From the NCBI GenBank assembly GCA_905178155.1, contig CAJINV010000001.1:10534311-10598310 (forward strand): a stretch of 64,000 bases of DNA, given 5' to 3'. The notes beneath the pieces were generated by a model, which was not told where the DNA came from, did not search any database, and worked only from the letters and a program-made list of their open reading frames with translations. Position 1 is the first letter of the stretch. Every line of letters starts with the position of its first letter. The stretch comes from Amoebophrya sp. A120 (lineage: Eukaryota > Protista > Dinoflagellata). Both the position numbers and the translations under genes were made by a program. This document shows, piece after piece, positions 1 to 11,800 of the stretch.

Positions 1-150
1 AGGTATTGCAGCAAGCTTTTCATCTATGACTAAATCCACATCATCAGCAGATTATCCTGCTGTTTTGTACGTGTACTGCAAATCTTCAAAATTAATGCGA
101 GTGCGACGCAAACAAGCGCCCCCGACACCGACACACAACATAACACAAAA

Positions 151-1232
151 ATGCTCTTCCGAAACTCCACAGACATGAAGGGCGCTATGAAGGACGCGTT
201 CGCCAAGGCTTCCGAAGACGTGCTCGCGTACGCCATTGAAAACGATATTGACGTGCAAGCCTCCGGATCCACCTGCGTCATGTACATGCACAACGGCGAG
301 CAGTACTACACGGCGAACGTCGGGGATTCCCGGGCGGTGATTGGATACGAGGGGGAGAAGGAAGTCGTCTTCGAAACCGCGGACCACAAGCCGAACTCGC
401 CGGAAGAAAAGAAACGCATCGAAGCGAATGGCGGTGAGATCAGAACGCTGCGCTACGACGACTTCACGGTGGACCGTATCTTCGTCAAGGGCTGCGACTT
501 ATCAACTGCAAAAATGTCTGGGTCTGGAAGCGTCGGGGCTTGTCATGCACATTTTGCATGACCCGTGAGGTCTGTGATGCTGGTGCAAGCATCACAGATT
601 TTTTGAGAGCTTCTTGATGGTGATTACGCATGAGAGCTGCCCTCCCCGCGTGCCAAGAACTGACTCCTCTTGCTGCTTATGCAACACAGACATTTTTAGA
701 ATCCGCAGACAGCATTACAAGTTCCACTCTTCCAGACCCAGACATTTTTGCATTCGATACGACTACCCCGGTCTCTGCATGTCCCGGTCCTTCGGGGATG
801 AGTGCGTCAAGGGCTGCGGTGTCACCTCCGAACCGGAAGTCACCGGACCAACCAAGGTATCTTTAGGGTAGCGGTGATGGTGGTACTTAATACATAGGCT
901 TTCCGACTCATCATTTGCTCGTGTCGTAATCTTATCATCCCACGATTACGAAAGTTGTCGATTTATTACAATAAAACGTCTACTGTCGAAACAAAAAACA
1001 GCTCGACCTCTCCCGCAATCCGTTCCTGGTGATCGCTTCCGATGGTGTGTGGGAGTTCATCGAGAGCGCTTGGTGCGTGAAGGCGATTGTGAAAAAGCTG
1101 TCCCAGGAGCCGGCCGAGCGAATCATGCAGAAGCTGTCCAAAGAGGCCCGGCGGCGATGGAAACAGGAAGAAGGCGAGTACTGTGACGATATTACGGTCT
1201 GCTTCATGCAGATGAACCGCCATATGAAGTAA
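151..1232 (+). CDS. Protein phosphatase 2C (PPM family), 5' end upstream of the window
   Basis: PP2C motifs SGSTC, ANVGDSRAV, DHKP, GLCMSRSFGD, IASDGVWE and DDIT. Exons ~151-499, 765-856, 1002-1232, separated by introner 500-759 and GT-AG intron 857-1001. The N-terminal DGHG motif is absent from the window. Confidence 0.92.
500..759. mobile_element. Introner family A (TIR TATCAAATGCAAAAATGTCTGGGTCTGGAAG), TSD CGACT
   Basis: ~31-bp TIRs; CGACT at 495-499 and 760-764; removal restores KGCD-YPGLCMSRS. Confidence 0.93.
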
Positions 1233-2215
1233 ATTCGCGTACTAACTATGTAGTCGGTCGCTATTCTCCTCTACTTCAGCCCGTTTCGGAAAGAATTCGC
1301 TCCGCCGATATGTCGAATGACAATGCTCTGGTATTCCACCTTGCAGTTTTGCTCTTATTTCTTCCTGTTGGATTTCTATGCGTTGCTTGAAAGAGCGGGT
1401 CGTCACAGTAAAAAAAGTTTGACTTGTTAGGTGATTCATTAACGAAGGTGTCATGTTTTTGGTATAACAGTTTGATTCAGATTCTAAACTTCAACTTGTA
1501 AACTCAATTTCGTTGCTTGTACTATGTATTGCGTGCAAAATTCGTTTCACATAAATTGAAATCAGTGAAGAATGTAGCCTATCTGACAGCAGTAGAGTAA
1601 GTCGAAAATCGCAGAGGATGGAAAACATCACCTGCTGGGGTGCTGTGGAAGAAATTTTAAATTTGTAGCCTTGCATAGAAATCGGATTTACAAAGCATGA
1701 ATAGTGAACTCCAGCATATTCCCGTAGATGTAGTGCGCTCCGTTTCATCGAGCCTGTTGTAGGTGTACAAAAAGACAAACGAAAATAAGTTTTAAATGGT
1801 TTGGTGTCATTTTGGGAAAAGATCAAAAAGGTAAAATGATGTGTCATGATAACGGAAGCGAAAAGCCGCCCTCGTTCCGTCGCGGAAGGAGCTGGTTCTT
1901 TCTGTGCGTCCCCTCGCCGCGTCATTCGCTCCCATTCACGCGTCGCTCTTGGTCCTAACGAGATGATTTCAAGAGTTTGATATCGATCCATTCGATGAGA
2001 CTGCCTCCTGTCCCTAAGCCGGCTCGGGAGGGCGTTCTCGTGAGTAACGGCGATCGCGAGAGGAACGCAGAGAGATTTCGCTTTTGCTTGCACAAAGGGC
2101 GCTGGCAACCAAACGCCACGAGTGAGCGAAAAAAAAAGATAAGAGCACATTAGGGAGCGATGAAGGTCAAAAAGAAAAGCCAACTGCAACTCTGTCTCCA
2201 CTCTGCTAGAAAAAA

Positions 2216-5200
2216 ATGTCCTTGCAAAAGCCAGCATCGCAGCGCATGGCGGGCGGCAGCCGCAGCAACTCCTCGGCGGGCTCCGCCGCGTCGTTTTCCA
2301 CCCGAAGCAGCAAACGCGGCGGCGCGACCACAATGGACCACTTGTCCCACCTTGCGGACAACCACAAAGCCGCCGCAAAAGGGCCTACTGGGAATCTCGG
2401 CTTTGTCAACTGGCCGTGCCGGCACTTGGCGAAGGGAGAGTACTTCAACAAAAGCGTGCTCTTTGCGCTGTCCACCAGACCACACCACTTGGGGCGGGAT
2501 CGGCTTTTAGCAACGGACCAGCGGCCTTCGGATCAGGAGTTGACTTGTGTAGAGTACAAAAAGAAGGACGAGATGACCAGCGACTTTCAGCTGAAGCTGG
2601 ACCAATGCGTTCTGGTATACTTTTCTTGTGCATGATCTTGATCACTTGAATTAGACTTTGCCCTTAAGCGTGCCCCCTTTGATGTGGCCACGCACGGCAC
2701 TAAGTTGTAAGCGCAACAAGCCTAACAAGTAAAACTCTACTTACCTCACAAAATATTGAAGTCTGTCACCAAGGTCGAAGTCAACCCTGACGGTCCTGCT
2801 TTTGCAGCGGGTGTGACCGAGGGCTACCAACTCGTGTTCGTGGATGGGAAACGTGTGAAACACATGGACGTGTTTGAAGCGCTGGAGAAACTCGAAAAAT
2901 TCCCCTGCAAACTCGGGTTCGTGTCCCCGTTGGCAGAGCCGCCAAACCTGTCGGACCGGCAGGTCGCGCAGCGGCTCGGCATGAACTACGTGAAGCAGAA
3001 GATGCTGCACAAAGCCACGGAACTGATGGAGGACATCGCGGAAAAGGAGGGGGATAGTTTCAAACTCACCTTCAAAAAGTTCCGCACTGTAATGCAAAAT
3101 GCAGGCATTCTCTGGCTGGAGAAGAAAGAGCTCCGCGACCTCTTCGACGGGCTGGACCGCGACGACAGCGGGTCGGTGGACTTGGACGAATGGAACCTGG
3201 GCGTCGCGGACAAACTGATTTTTGATGATAAGTTTTCCAAACTCATCAAGGGCGTGAACCGGCACCACATCCGCGACGCGTCGTATTTCCTCGAAATGAC
3301 CCTGAAAAAAAAGAAGTCCCGGATGGTCACCTTTGCCGAGTTCGCGTCCGGCTTGTTCAAGGGGGGGATTACTTGGCTCACCCGGCAGCAGCTGCAGTGG
3401 ATGTTCGAGTTTGTGGATGAAGACAACAGCAAGCTGATCTCCTTTCCCGAGTGGGCGGCGCGCTTCCAGTTCGACATCATCGAGGCGGCGCACGAAGTGC
3501 AGCGGTATTTGGAAAACTACAAAAACGGCAACAAGAAAAAGAACCCGATTCCGGACGAGATGGATTTGGATTTGTTCATTCTCACCCTCCACGACAGCGG
3601 CGTCACGTGGTTGGCGGAGGAACAGATCACCCAGCTGTTCATCATGATCGATCGAGACAAAAGCGGGATCATAACCCCGCAGGAACTGAAGCAGATCGGC
3701 GATTTGGTGGATCAGTACTACGAGGTTCGGGCGAGCATGCGGAAGAGCATGACGTTCAATACCACAATCTCTTCCAGGAAATCTATGCAAGGATCAGCAG
3801 GGGAGCTGCAAACGGAAGAAGGAAAGGAGCCACTCGGCTGGTCGCAGGAACCGGGGCCGCCGACCAAGCAAGCAATCGATGGTGATTTGTTTGTGGACAA
3901 AGCGCTCACCGGTCATGATGTCGACCCTTCGAAACCGACGCCCCGCACCGCGTACGCGTTTGACGAAGTAGCGCAGGACATTTTGGCCGACGTTGTGCCC
4001 CCGATAGAAACGGCGGACGAAAGCGTCCACTCGGTGGACAGCATCGAGAACCGGATGTCGGGCGATATCTCTCGGGACATCATGGCGGTGACTGTCGAGC
4101 AGAAAGTGCAGCAGGTCGCGAGCAGTGCCTGTTCCGCCGAGGAAGTGGTTGATGAAGACGAAATACCGAAAGACGGTCAGCACGTGTGGGAAGGGAAAAG
4201 CGCGACGGAGTCCGACTTCTACAGCAGCAACTTCGAAATGACAGGAGAGCAAGCGGGTCTGCTCGCTCTGACCCGCTCGCCGGACAAAAGAAGTTCGTTT
4301 GCACCAATAGGCGAGAACAATTTGGACTTCGACGCGAAGCAAAGCGAATCCGCATCCGCGGCCGAGGAGTTGACAAACGCACTGCTGTCCAACAGTATCA
4401 CCGGGCACGTCAGGGAGGAGACCGGCGCGGGTCTCTTCGGCTTGCTGGAACAAGATTTAAAGCCGCTCCATTTCCCGAGCACGCACGACCAACGGGCGGC
4501 GGGTGGAACCGAAGTCAACGTTGGGATCGCGAGCGCAACCTCCTCCATCGCGGACAAGGACAGCGAAGGAGGAAATAAACGTCACCGCTACAACGCGGAA
4601 GTAATCGTTTCCGGCAGCGAAGTTTCCTCCGAGGGCGCGGACCCGAAAAGCGGGCCAGATGACGAAGATGAGGAGCATTCTAGGTTGTTAGAAGCGATCT
4701 CCGGCACACTCGGCTCCCCGCGTGGTGCGGCGGCGAAGACGGAGCCGCTGGCGCTGATGGAGAGCAGCAGGACAGACGAGCGACAACCAGGTGGGAATAA
4801 TGCTTTGTCCTCTTCTGTTTCGTCCTCTTCCGACGGCGCAAATAGAGGACAACAACTCCTCGGACTACAACCACCAGTAGCGGATGCGAGCAGACGGAAC
4901 AGCGACATTGACCCGCCAGAGTCGTACATTTTCAACGAAGTTCCGTCTTCCAGTGCCGTTTCTTCTGTCGTCGGCGAGGGCGACGCGCTGGATTCTCTGC
5001 TTGTCGGGTTCGGGGAGAAGAAAACTTCTGCCGTTCCAGCAGCAGAAGAACTGCATACTGATGAAAACGAGGACGAAATGAATAGCCACACTGCTTTCCA
5101 AAACATCGACGCGTCGGCCTCCTCCTCGAAGGAGATTGCCACGATTGAAGAAGCACAACATCAAAACCTTCAACCGACGCCACGGGAGGCAGAGCCAGGG

Positions 5201-5893
5201 TTTTTGTCTTCCTCGAGCGACGAGCACCACGGGTTCCACCACGACCCCGAGGCAGAGGAGAACAAGAAGCACGACCCATTTTCAATTCTGTCCTCGGAGG
5301 AAGAGCAGCACGAAAATGTGCAGGAAGATGAACATCCAGATATCCACACGGAAATCGACTCCAGCCAGCACTCAGCGACGCTGGATTTGCGACAAGGCAC
5401 AGAAATATTACCTGCAGGAGCTGTACCAACGCCTGCTCAAGAGCCCCCACCTGAAACTACAGTGGCGGCTACAAATAGTAATATCGCTGAGGCCATTCCG
5501 CTCGTCGCGGACGACACTTCGCTCGATGCCGCGACGCAGCGCACGACGAAGGAAACTACGAACAACGAGAGCAACGCCGTAGATCCGCCGACGGAGCAAG
5601 AAGCTGTTGATATACCAGGCACAGAACGCGCACTCGAACAAAGCGCAGCTGCCATCAACAAGGGAAAAGCTGCTGAGCCAGAGCCAGCGTCGTCCGCAGT
5701 GCCACCGGCAATACAGCACGAGGTGAGCAAGGAACCGCCCGTATCTAGTTCCTCCTCCGATCGAGGAAGGAACGCGGAGCGGAAAAACGCAAACAAAAAC
5801 TCTGACTTTGCGGAAGACGAACTTTCTGAGGAGGATATCCTCGACTCAGGACACGCAAATCACAGTGACAACGAAAGTGATCCATGGCGTTGA
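2216..5893 (+). CDS. PDZ-like plus EF-hand protein with long acidic disordered C-terminus (~1176 aa)
   Basis: Exons 2216-2614 and 2762-5893 (GT-AG intron 2615-2761). PDZ-like VTKVEVNPDGPAFAAGVTEGYQLVFVDG; EF-hand loops DRDDSGSVDLDE, DEDNSKLISFPE, DRDKSGIITPQE. Confidence 0.8.
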
Positions 5894-6411
5894 AGCCGGG
5901 AAGGGGGTAATAATAAATTATCTGTACCAGAGACGGTAATCAGTACGAAATGATGATCGCCACGCCGGTCATTTATGGAGGAAAAACGTCGAGCAAAATT
6001 CGATGTTTTCTCATTTCGATTCAGCAAATCATCGGTCATCAATGTTGTCGGGTTTGTGTCATCTTGCTACTCGGTCCGCGATGGTTATCTATCATGGTGG
6101 TGCTGTCTTCTTTGCCTGGTCTTCATCCCTATTTGCGTCTGCATCGAAGCGATCTCAAAACTTTTTCCGCAAATGCAAACTGTGAGAGCCTGTCACAACA
6201 AACTGCCTCAAATGCTTCCCTTGATATCGGTTGCACGATTCGTGGTTTATTTAGCAAGCACTGCAAACTGAATTATGCATCGTGATACGAGCTTAGTTCG
6301 GACGTCGAAAATCAAGTATCCGCATGAGACAAAAAGCGTCTGCTAGACTTCTCTAGGAAAATAACAGCGGTAAGAATCTTCCTTTCACACAATCGAAAAG
6401 AGCACGTAAAG

Positions 6412-7928
6412 ATGCCGTCGCTTGCGATACCGAAGCTAAATCCGTTGCAAGATCGACTCGCAGCCGCGTTCGATCAGAATTTTGCAGCCCCGGCGAAGAA
6501 ATTATCGAAGAAGAAAGAAGCGTACTATTGCGGTTTCGTTCAGTAAAGTGTGTGTTTCTCTTCAGCATCATCAAGTTAAAGTTTTGGTTGTCGTTTTGAC
6601 GTTGAACATTGACTGGACATTCAAACCCTATCCAACAAAAAGGAAACTACAAGCAGAAAGAATCGCGCGCGAGCGGCAGCGGCTCGACCCTTTGAACTTA
6701 CACTTGGAGGTGGAAAAGAGGAAATTAGAAAAGAAGAAACTCCAGCAAGACGTCGCACGATTGAATGCCGACTTGTACCGCAAGGAGCATGAGCAGAAGT
6801 ACGGTGTCGACATGTTCACTGCCTTTGTGCGGGCGAGCAGCTCCAAAGCAAAATTGGATCAGGCTAACGTTGACGAGGGACTGAAAAACATCAGGCAGGA
6901 ATCCAGAAAAGTCAGGCTGCAGCAAAGAGCGTACTGAATCGCTTTTGTACAACTTCTGCCCTCAGTCTAGCCTATTTTTCGTGGTGTCTAGCTCGAAGTG
7001 GAATTCGTTGTTTGTTTTCCTGCAGTTGTTCCTGGATTGCAACGACAACGAGGACCTTCTTGATATCAAAGAAAAAATCAAATCCCAGGCAATTTGCGGA
7101 TGATGGTATACAGGAGACGTACACCCTCCGGCTGTTGCACAATCCGCACATGCGAAACGTAAACAGCACGCGGAAGGGCGGGTTTCACAAAAAGATAAGG
7201 CGAAGTGGTAGCGGCTTCAATACGGACCAGGGTTCGGACGAGGACGGCGCGTATTCGCCGGGTCTTGAGGACGAAGCGGGAAACATCGCAGTATGCACCT
7301 CTACTTCTTTCTAGGAACGCCGTTTTTGGATCATACCTTGTATGAACAGATACAGTCGTGTGAAATTTTTGATAGACGTTAAGTGCTGCCAGTGCGTTCG
7401 ATATTGAAACACCCCATTTCTACAGCTGGTCCACAGTTTTCTCGACTTTCTCCTCGCGACGAAGCGTTCGGTGGACGAGTGCTTCCAGATGCTGGACGTC
7501 AATGGGAGCGGAGGGGTAACTCGCTGTGAGTTCTCAGACGGGTTAGTACGGATGCGGTACATGCGACCGTTGCAGGAAATGGACGCGCTTTTTTCGATCC
7601 TAGACCAGGAGAAGACGGGGGAAGTGTCTGGTCAGCAGTTCAAGAGGTTGCAGCCCTACTATGACGCGAGGGAGATAAATCTCGTCCGGCACTCGTTTCC
7701 GAACGCCAGGGCGCCGTCGTCGGCTTCGAGGTATGAACCCGAGAAAAACGTGAATTACAACTCTGATTGTGATTTGCAATCGTCCGCTTACTTCGTCAAA
7801 GATCTAGTGTTTTTCTTCTTTTTGGTATGTTGATCCCATCTGAAAATTGAATCAGACTCGGCACCGCTCCGCGATCCAGTCAGAGTGCACGGAAACTACC
7901 GCCATTGCCGACGCCAAACCGAGACTGA
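6412..7928 (+). CDS. EF-hand and coiled-coil protein
   Basis: Hand-spliced over GT-AG introns 6522-6642, 6931-7088, 7291-7425 and 7731-~7855; EF loops DVNGSGGVTRCE and DQEKTGEVSGQQ. Confidence 0.7.
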
Positions 7929-8892
7929 GAAACCTTGTGAAATATTCTGGCGAACCAATTGCCGGCGCGCCAAGACCCAGTGACCAATCTTTTTTGATCG
8001 CTCTTGCCCTTCCGCCCGGACAACAAAACAAACATGTTTACTTATCCAAAACGAAAACTCGTTGCGAAGATGTGATGTGCAGAATCAATTTCATGGAAGA
8101 TGAAGCTAGAGACGTTTCAGGTTTCATTTTCGTTGTCACCGAAATTTGTGCCAGTAATTACTTTTCCCACACATTTGAATCGCGGTGCGTGCTCCAGCAC
8201 TACCCACCGGATTCTTCATTTGGCTGGCGGTAGTCAGGAGTCTCAGTGTTGCTCAGAACAACCGAGCGCCTCCCTCTCTGCTGGTTATCCGTGGTTATTT
8301 GCTCCTGCATCGTGGTATAGTTTTTAGCACATCTGCACAAGTCCATGTCCAAGTCGTGCTATTGAATCTTCTGTGTCGTTTCAAGTTCAACAATCTCAAT
8401 CGTTTTGCTGGAAAAGCGTAGGCGTTTTGTGTGGTTCGTATCTCTCAATTGTGTAGCTGCATCTCTAATACTAGTGGTAGCAGAAGCAAGGGGCGGCGTA
8501 GATAGAATAGATAAAACATGTAAAAACGAATACATCATGACCAGTATGACCACGAGGCGGAGTAGTGACTGCACAGAAAATGCGTCGGTTAGTCGACAAC
8601 GGCGCTGCACGGTGCACCGAAAGCGGCGCGAAAACGGCACCAGCAGGCGCCGCTCTTTTCATGCGACCGCGCATGAAACGTCTCCAAAAATGAGGGAAAG
8701 GTGGTAGAGGACGGAGCTGCGCAGACGGAGTTCGACGGCCGCGTGTCGGTCACCTCCACCACTCCCGTGCCGCCAGCAGGACTTGTTTAGGTAGGATCGT
8801 CGGCCGTCGGCTCGGAAGATTCGTAGGAAAAATCCTAAGAACAGCTGCGCCACGACTGCACCTCCACCTTCCCACGACGGTCCCTGAACAAG

Positions 8893-11800
8893 ATGGGCAT
8901 CGGGTGGAGCGCGAGCCGCAAGATCGGGGAGGTCCTGAACAAGTACTTGGGGTCCTTTGTCGAGGATATTTCGCCGCAGGACGTGTCATGGGCGATCCTC
9001 AAGGGGAACCTGGAGTTGAAGCACGTGCGGCTGAAAAACCGACTCTTGGAGGATGGAATCGGCGTCATCCTCCCTCTCCGCTTTCGGCACATGCACGTGG
9101 AGTCGCTGAAGTTGGAGTACTCGGTGATCTCGAAAAAGGTCCGACTTGTTCTCAGCGGCAACACGTTCATCCTCGAAAACCGACGGCAGCACGAGTGGAG
9201 CAAGGAGTTCCATCTGATTCGCGAACAACTCAAGCTGAATCCGCACGCCTACTTGTACTTGTTTGAGGAAGGTACAGCAATAAATCACTGTGCCTACTGG
9301 CTAAAAAGTTGTACTAGGTAGTGGTAGAAATTCGCTTGCATTTGAATATGGTGCTCTCAACAATGGTTTCAGTTGAATAAGATAACCGCGCGATTCATCG
9401 CTCTGTCAAAATCCATGCCGATCCTTATCAATCATCAGGTTTGCTTCTCAATGGCTTTCCGGGCACGTTCCCCATTCCCTCCTGGCTTCTGCCCGACATC
9501 GAAATTTGTTTGCTCGACACCCTGGTCCGTCTTGAGGACGTCAGCACCAATGGCCCGGAGGACGCTTGGGTGACCTCCATGCACATCGACAAATTTCTCC
9601 TTGGCGACCCGTGTTTCGTAAAGGAAGCAGGCACGACCCGGAACTTTCTGAAGACACTTTTGGACAGCAACGCGAAGGTTTTCTCGTTGGAGTTTTTCTT
9701 CCGTGGGCTGACCATGGCCGTGGAACCGATGCAGAACATGCAGACCGTCGACCACCGCATCGCCAGCACACATTACAAAAACAAGCTTTACGTGTACCCC
9801 GGGCCGCATTTGGAGGAGAAGTTGCCCCGAGATTGGGCCAAGAACAAGCGCGGCGTGATCAAACACGAGGTGAAGAACGGGGACAAAAAAGCGCGGGTGC
9901 AGTGGTTCGACGCGGTCAGTGGGGAAAGAATTCGGAGTTTGCACGACACGCTCGTGGAATCGTGGTTCGAGCAGGAAATAACCGATCCGACCTGGGTAAC
10001 ACCAGAAGGGACGTTTTCAGAAGTTTACTGGGAAAAAGAAAAACAGCGGTCGGATGAACAAAATGACGCAGAAAAACAGAAGGCCGTTGCTGCAACAGAG
10101 GCGAAGCAGGGAACAAACAAGGTGCCTGCTGGAGGTACGAATTATGCTGGGTATCGATTTTTTTTTCAGAATTCTTTGGCCGCTGCTCTTGCTCAGTTGT
10201 AGTAGATTTTTGATTATTCCATTGCCTTTGCGGCTAGCGAAACATTCATTCTGCTCCTGATTCTGAAGGAAGATGACAAATATCAGATGCCACACCCGCC
10301 GTTCCTCGCAGCCCCCCGGCAACCAAAAAAGTTGCACTTCCCCGTCGCTGTACGCTCAGCAAAACGCACATACCTGTAAAGAAGTTTTGGAACCTGGGTC
10401 CCGACGTGTTTGAGCTGCAAACCACCATTGACAAGGTCAATTTCCCCCATTTACACGGCGAGCTCCGTCGAGAAGTGAGACAGCAGCATCAGGAAGCCAA
10501 GGAGCGGTCCTGCGTTATCGGTCCGGATTTGAAGCAATTCGACCTGTGTATTCAGATCTCTAAGGAACCCAACACGCAGCTGCGCCACGACTTGCGGACG
10601 CACCGGCCCTGGCGGCTAGAGACAAGCTTGTTGGATGGAACGCGAATCTTGGAGGAAGTGAAATCGGTATCGGGTGCAGGAGCTGTTGGTGGAGGTGGTA
10701 CAACAACAGCTCCTGAGGGTGGTTCGTCCGGAAGTAGTCCCAAAGGTGGCGCAAGATCTCCGAATAAAGGGAGCAACGCAACGAAGAACTTTTGGGACCG
10801 ATTGGACGAGACCATGCCCCGAGGAATCCGAGCAGACCCGACGCAGAGAAAGCGCTTCATCGACCATGCGAGGGGCTTTATGTCGAAGTACTGCCCCCTT
10901 TCCCTGGAAAAGCTCACCGAGCTCCGGGAACTCGTCTTGTCGGAAAAGCTCCGCAGGTGTTTCGACAACACAAAGCCAGTGAACCCACAGCTTCTGGCCG
11001 CGGAGCAAAACCTGTGTTGTCGTTCGCAGATGCCCAAGGTGATGCTGGCGTTTCGCATCACCGGAGTCGACGGGCACCCCACGGTGGAGATGACGGCGGC
11101 GCAAATGCGGTACTTGATCCAGTACGGCTGCAGCTGGGGCGTGTGGGGCGCGTTTGTCGGGGGAATCGAGCGCGCCGCGTATCCCTGCAAGCCATCGCAA
11201 GCAGACAAGTTTTTCTACCGAACCTGGTGGCTGCGGAAGATGGAGTACTTGGCAGCCAAGAAGCAAAGCACGGTACACAAAATGCTCCACAAGCTCACGA
11301 ACCTGACCTCTCTGAGAAGACAGGCGTCCGCCTCACCAGCACGCAAAGAGAAAGACAAGGATCTGAGCAACGATGCGCTCGCGCTCCGAGGGAATTTCAC
11401 GCTGTCCCCGAATCGCAAGGAGGCGAAGCTGCAAAAACAGAAAATGCTTGCCCAAACGTCTCCTGTTTTCGCCGGTGCATCTCCACGAAAGGTGACAGCG
11501 GCAAAGGGCGACGCGAACGAAGATGTCGATCCGGAAGATGCAGCGAAAATCCCTCCGCCGTCTCTCGCAGCGGTTTTCTTGCACCTAGTGCCACCGGAGG
11601 AAAACGGACAGCTCCCTTTTGGCTTTACGGCTGAGGATTTCGATTTGAAGCCAGAAGATTTGGCCTACTTGTGTGATTACGACGATCCTGGTGCCGTGGC
11701 GTACACGAACGTCGAACAGACAACAGGGACGACCGCGGCTGCTGCAGCCGCGCAAAATAACAGCTCGAACGCGCAAACGCCCTCGCCAGATAAGCCACGA

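Noticed and set aside
500-759. Recurrent peptides MSGSGR, LPDPDIFAFD and CKNVWVWK in many ORFs
   Set aside because: They are translations of the family A TIRs, not a repeated protein domain.
1491-2378. 295-aa minus-strand ORF as a possible transposase or gene
   Set aside because: Intergenic composition, overlaps the next gene's first exon, and has no DDE or other motif.
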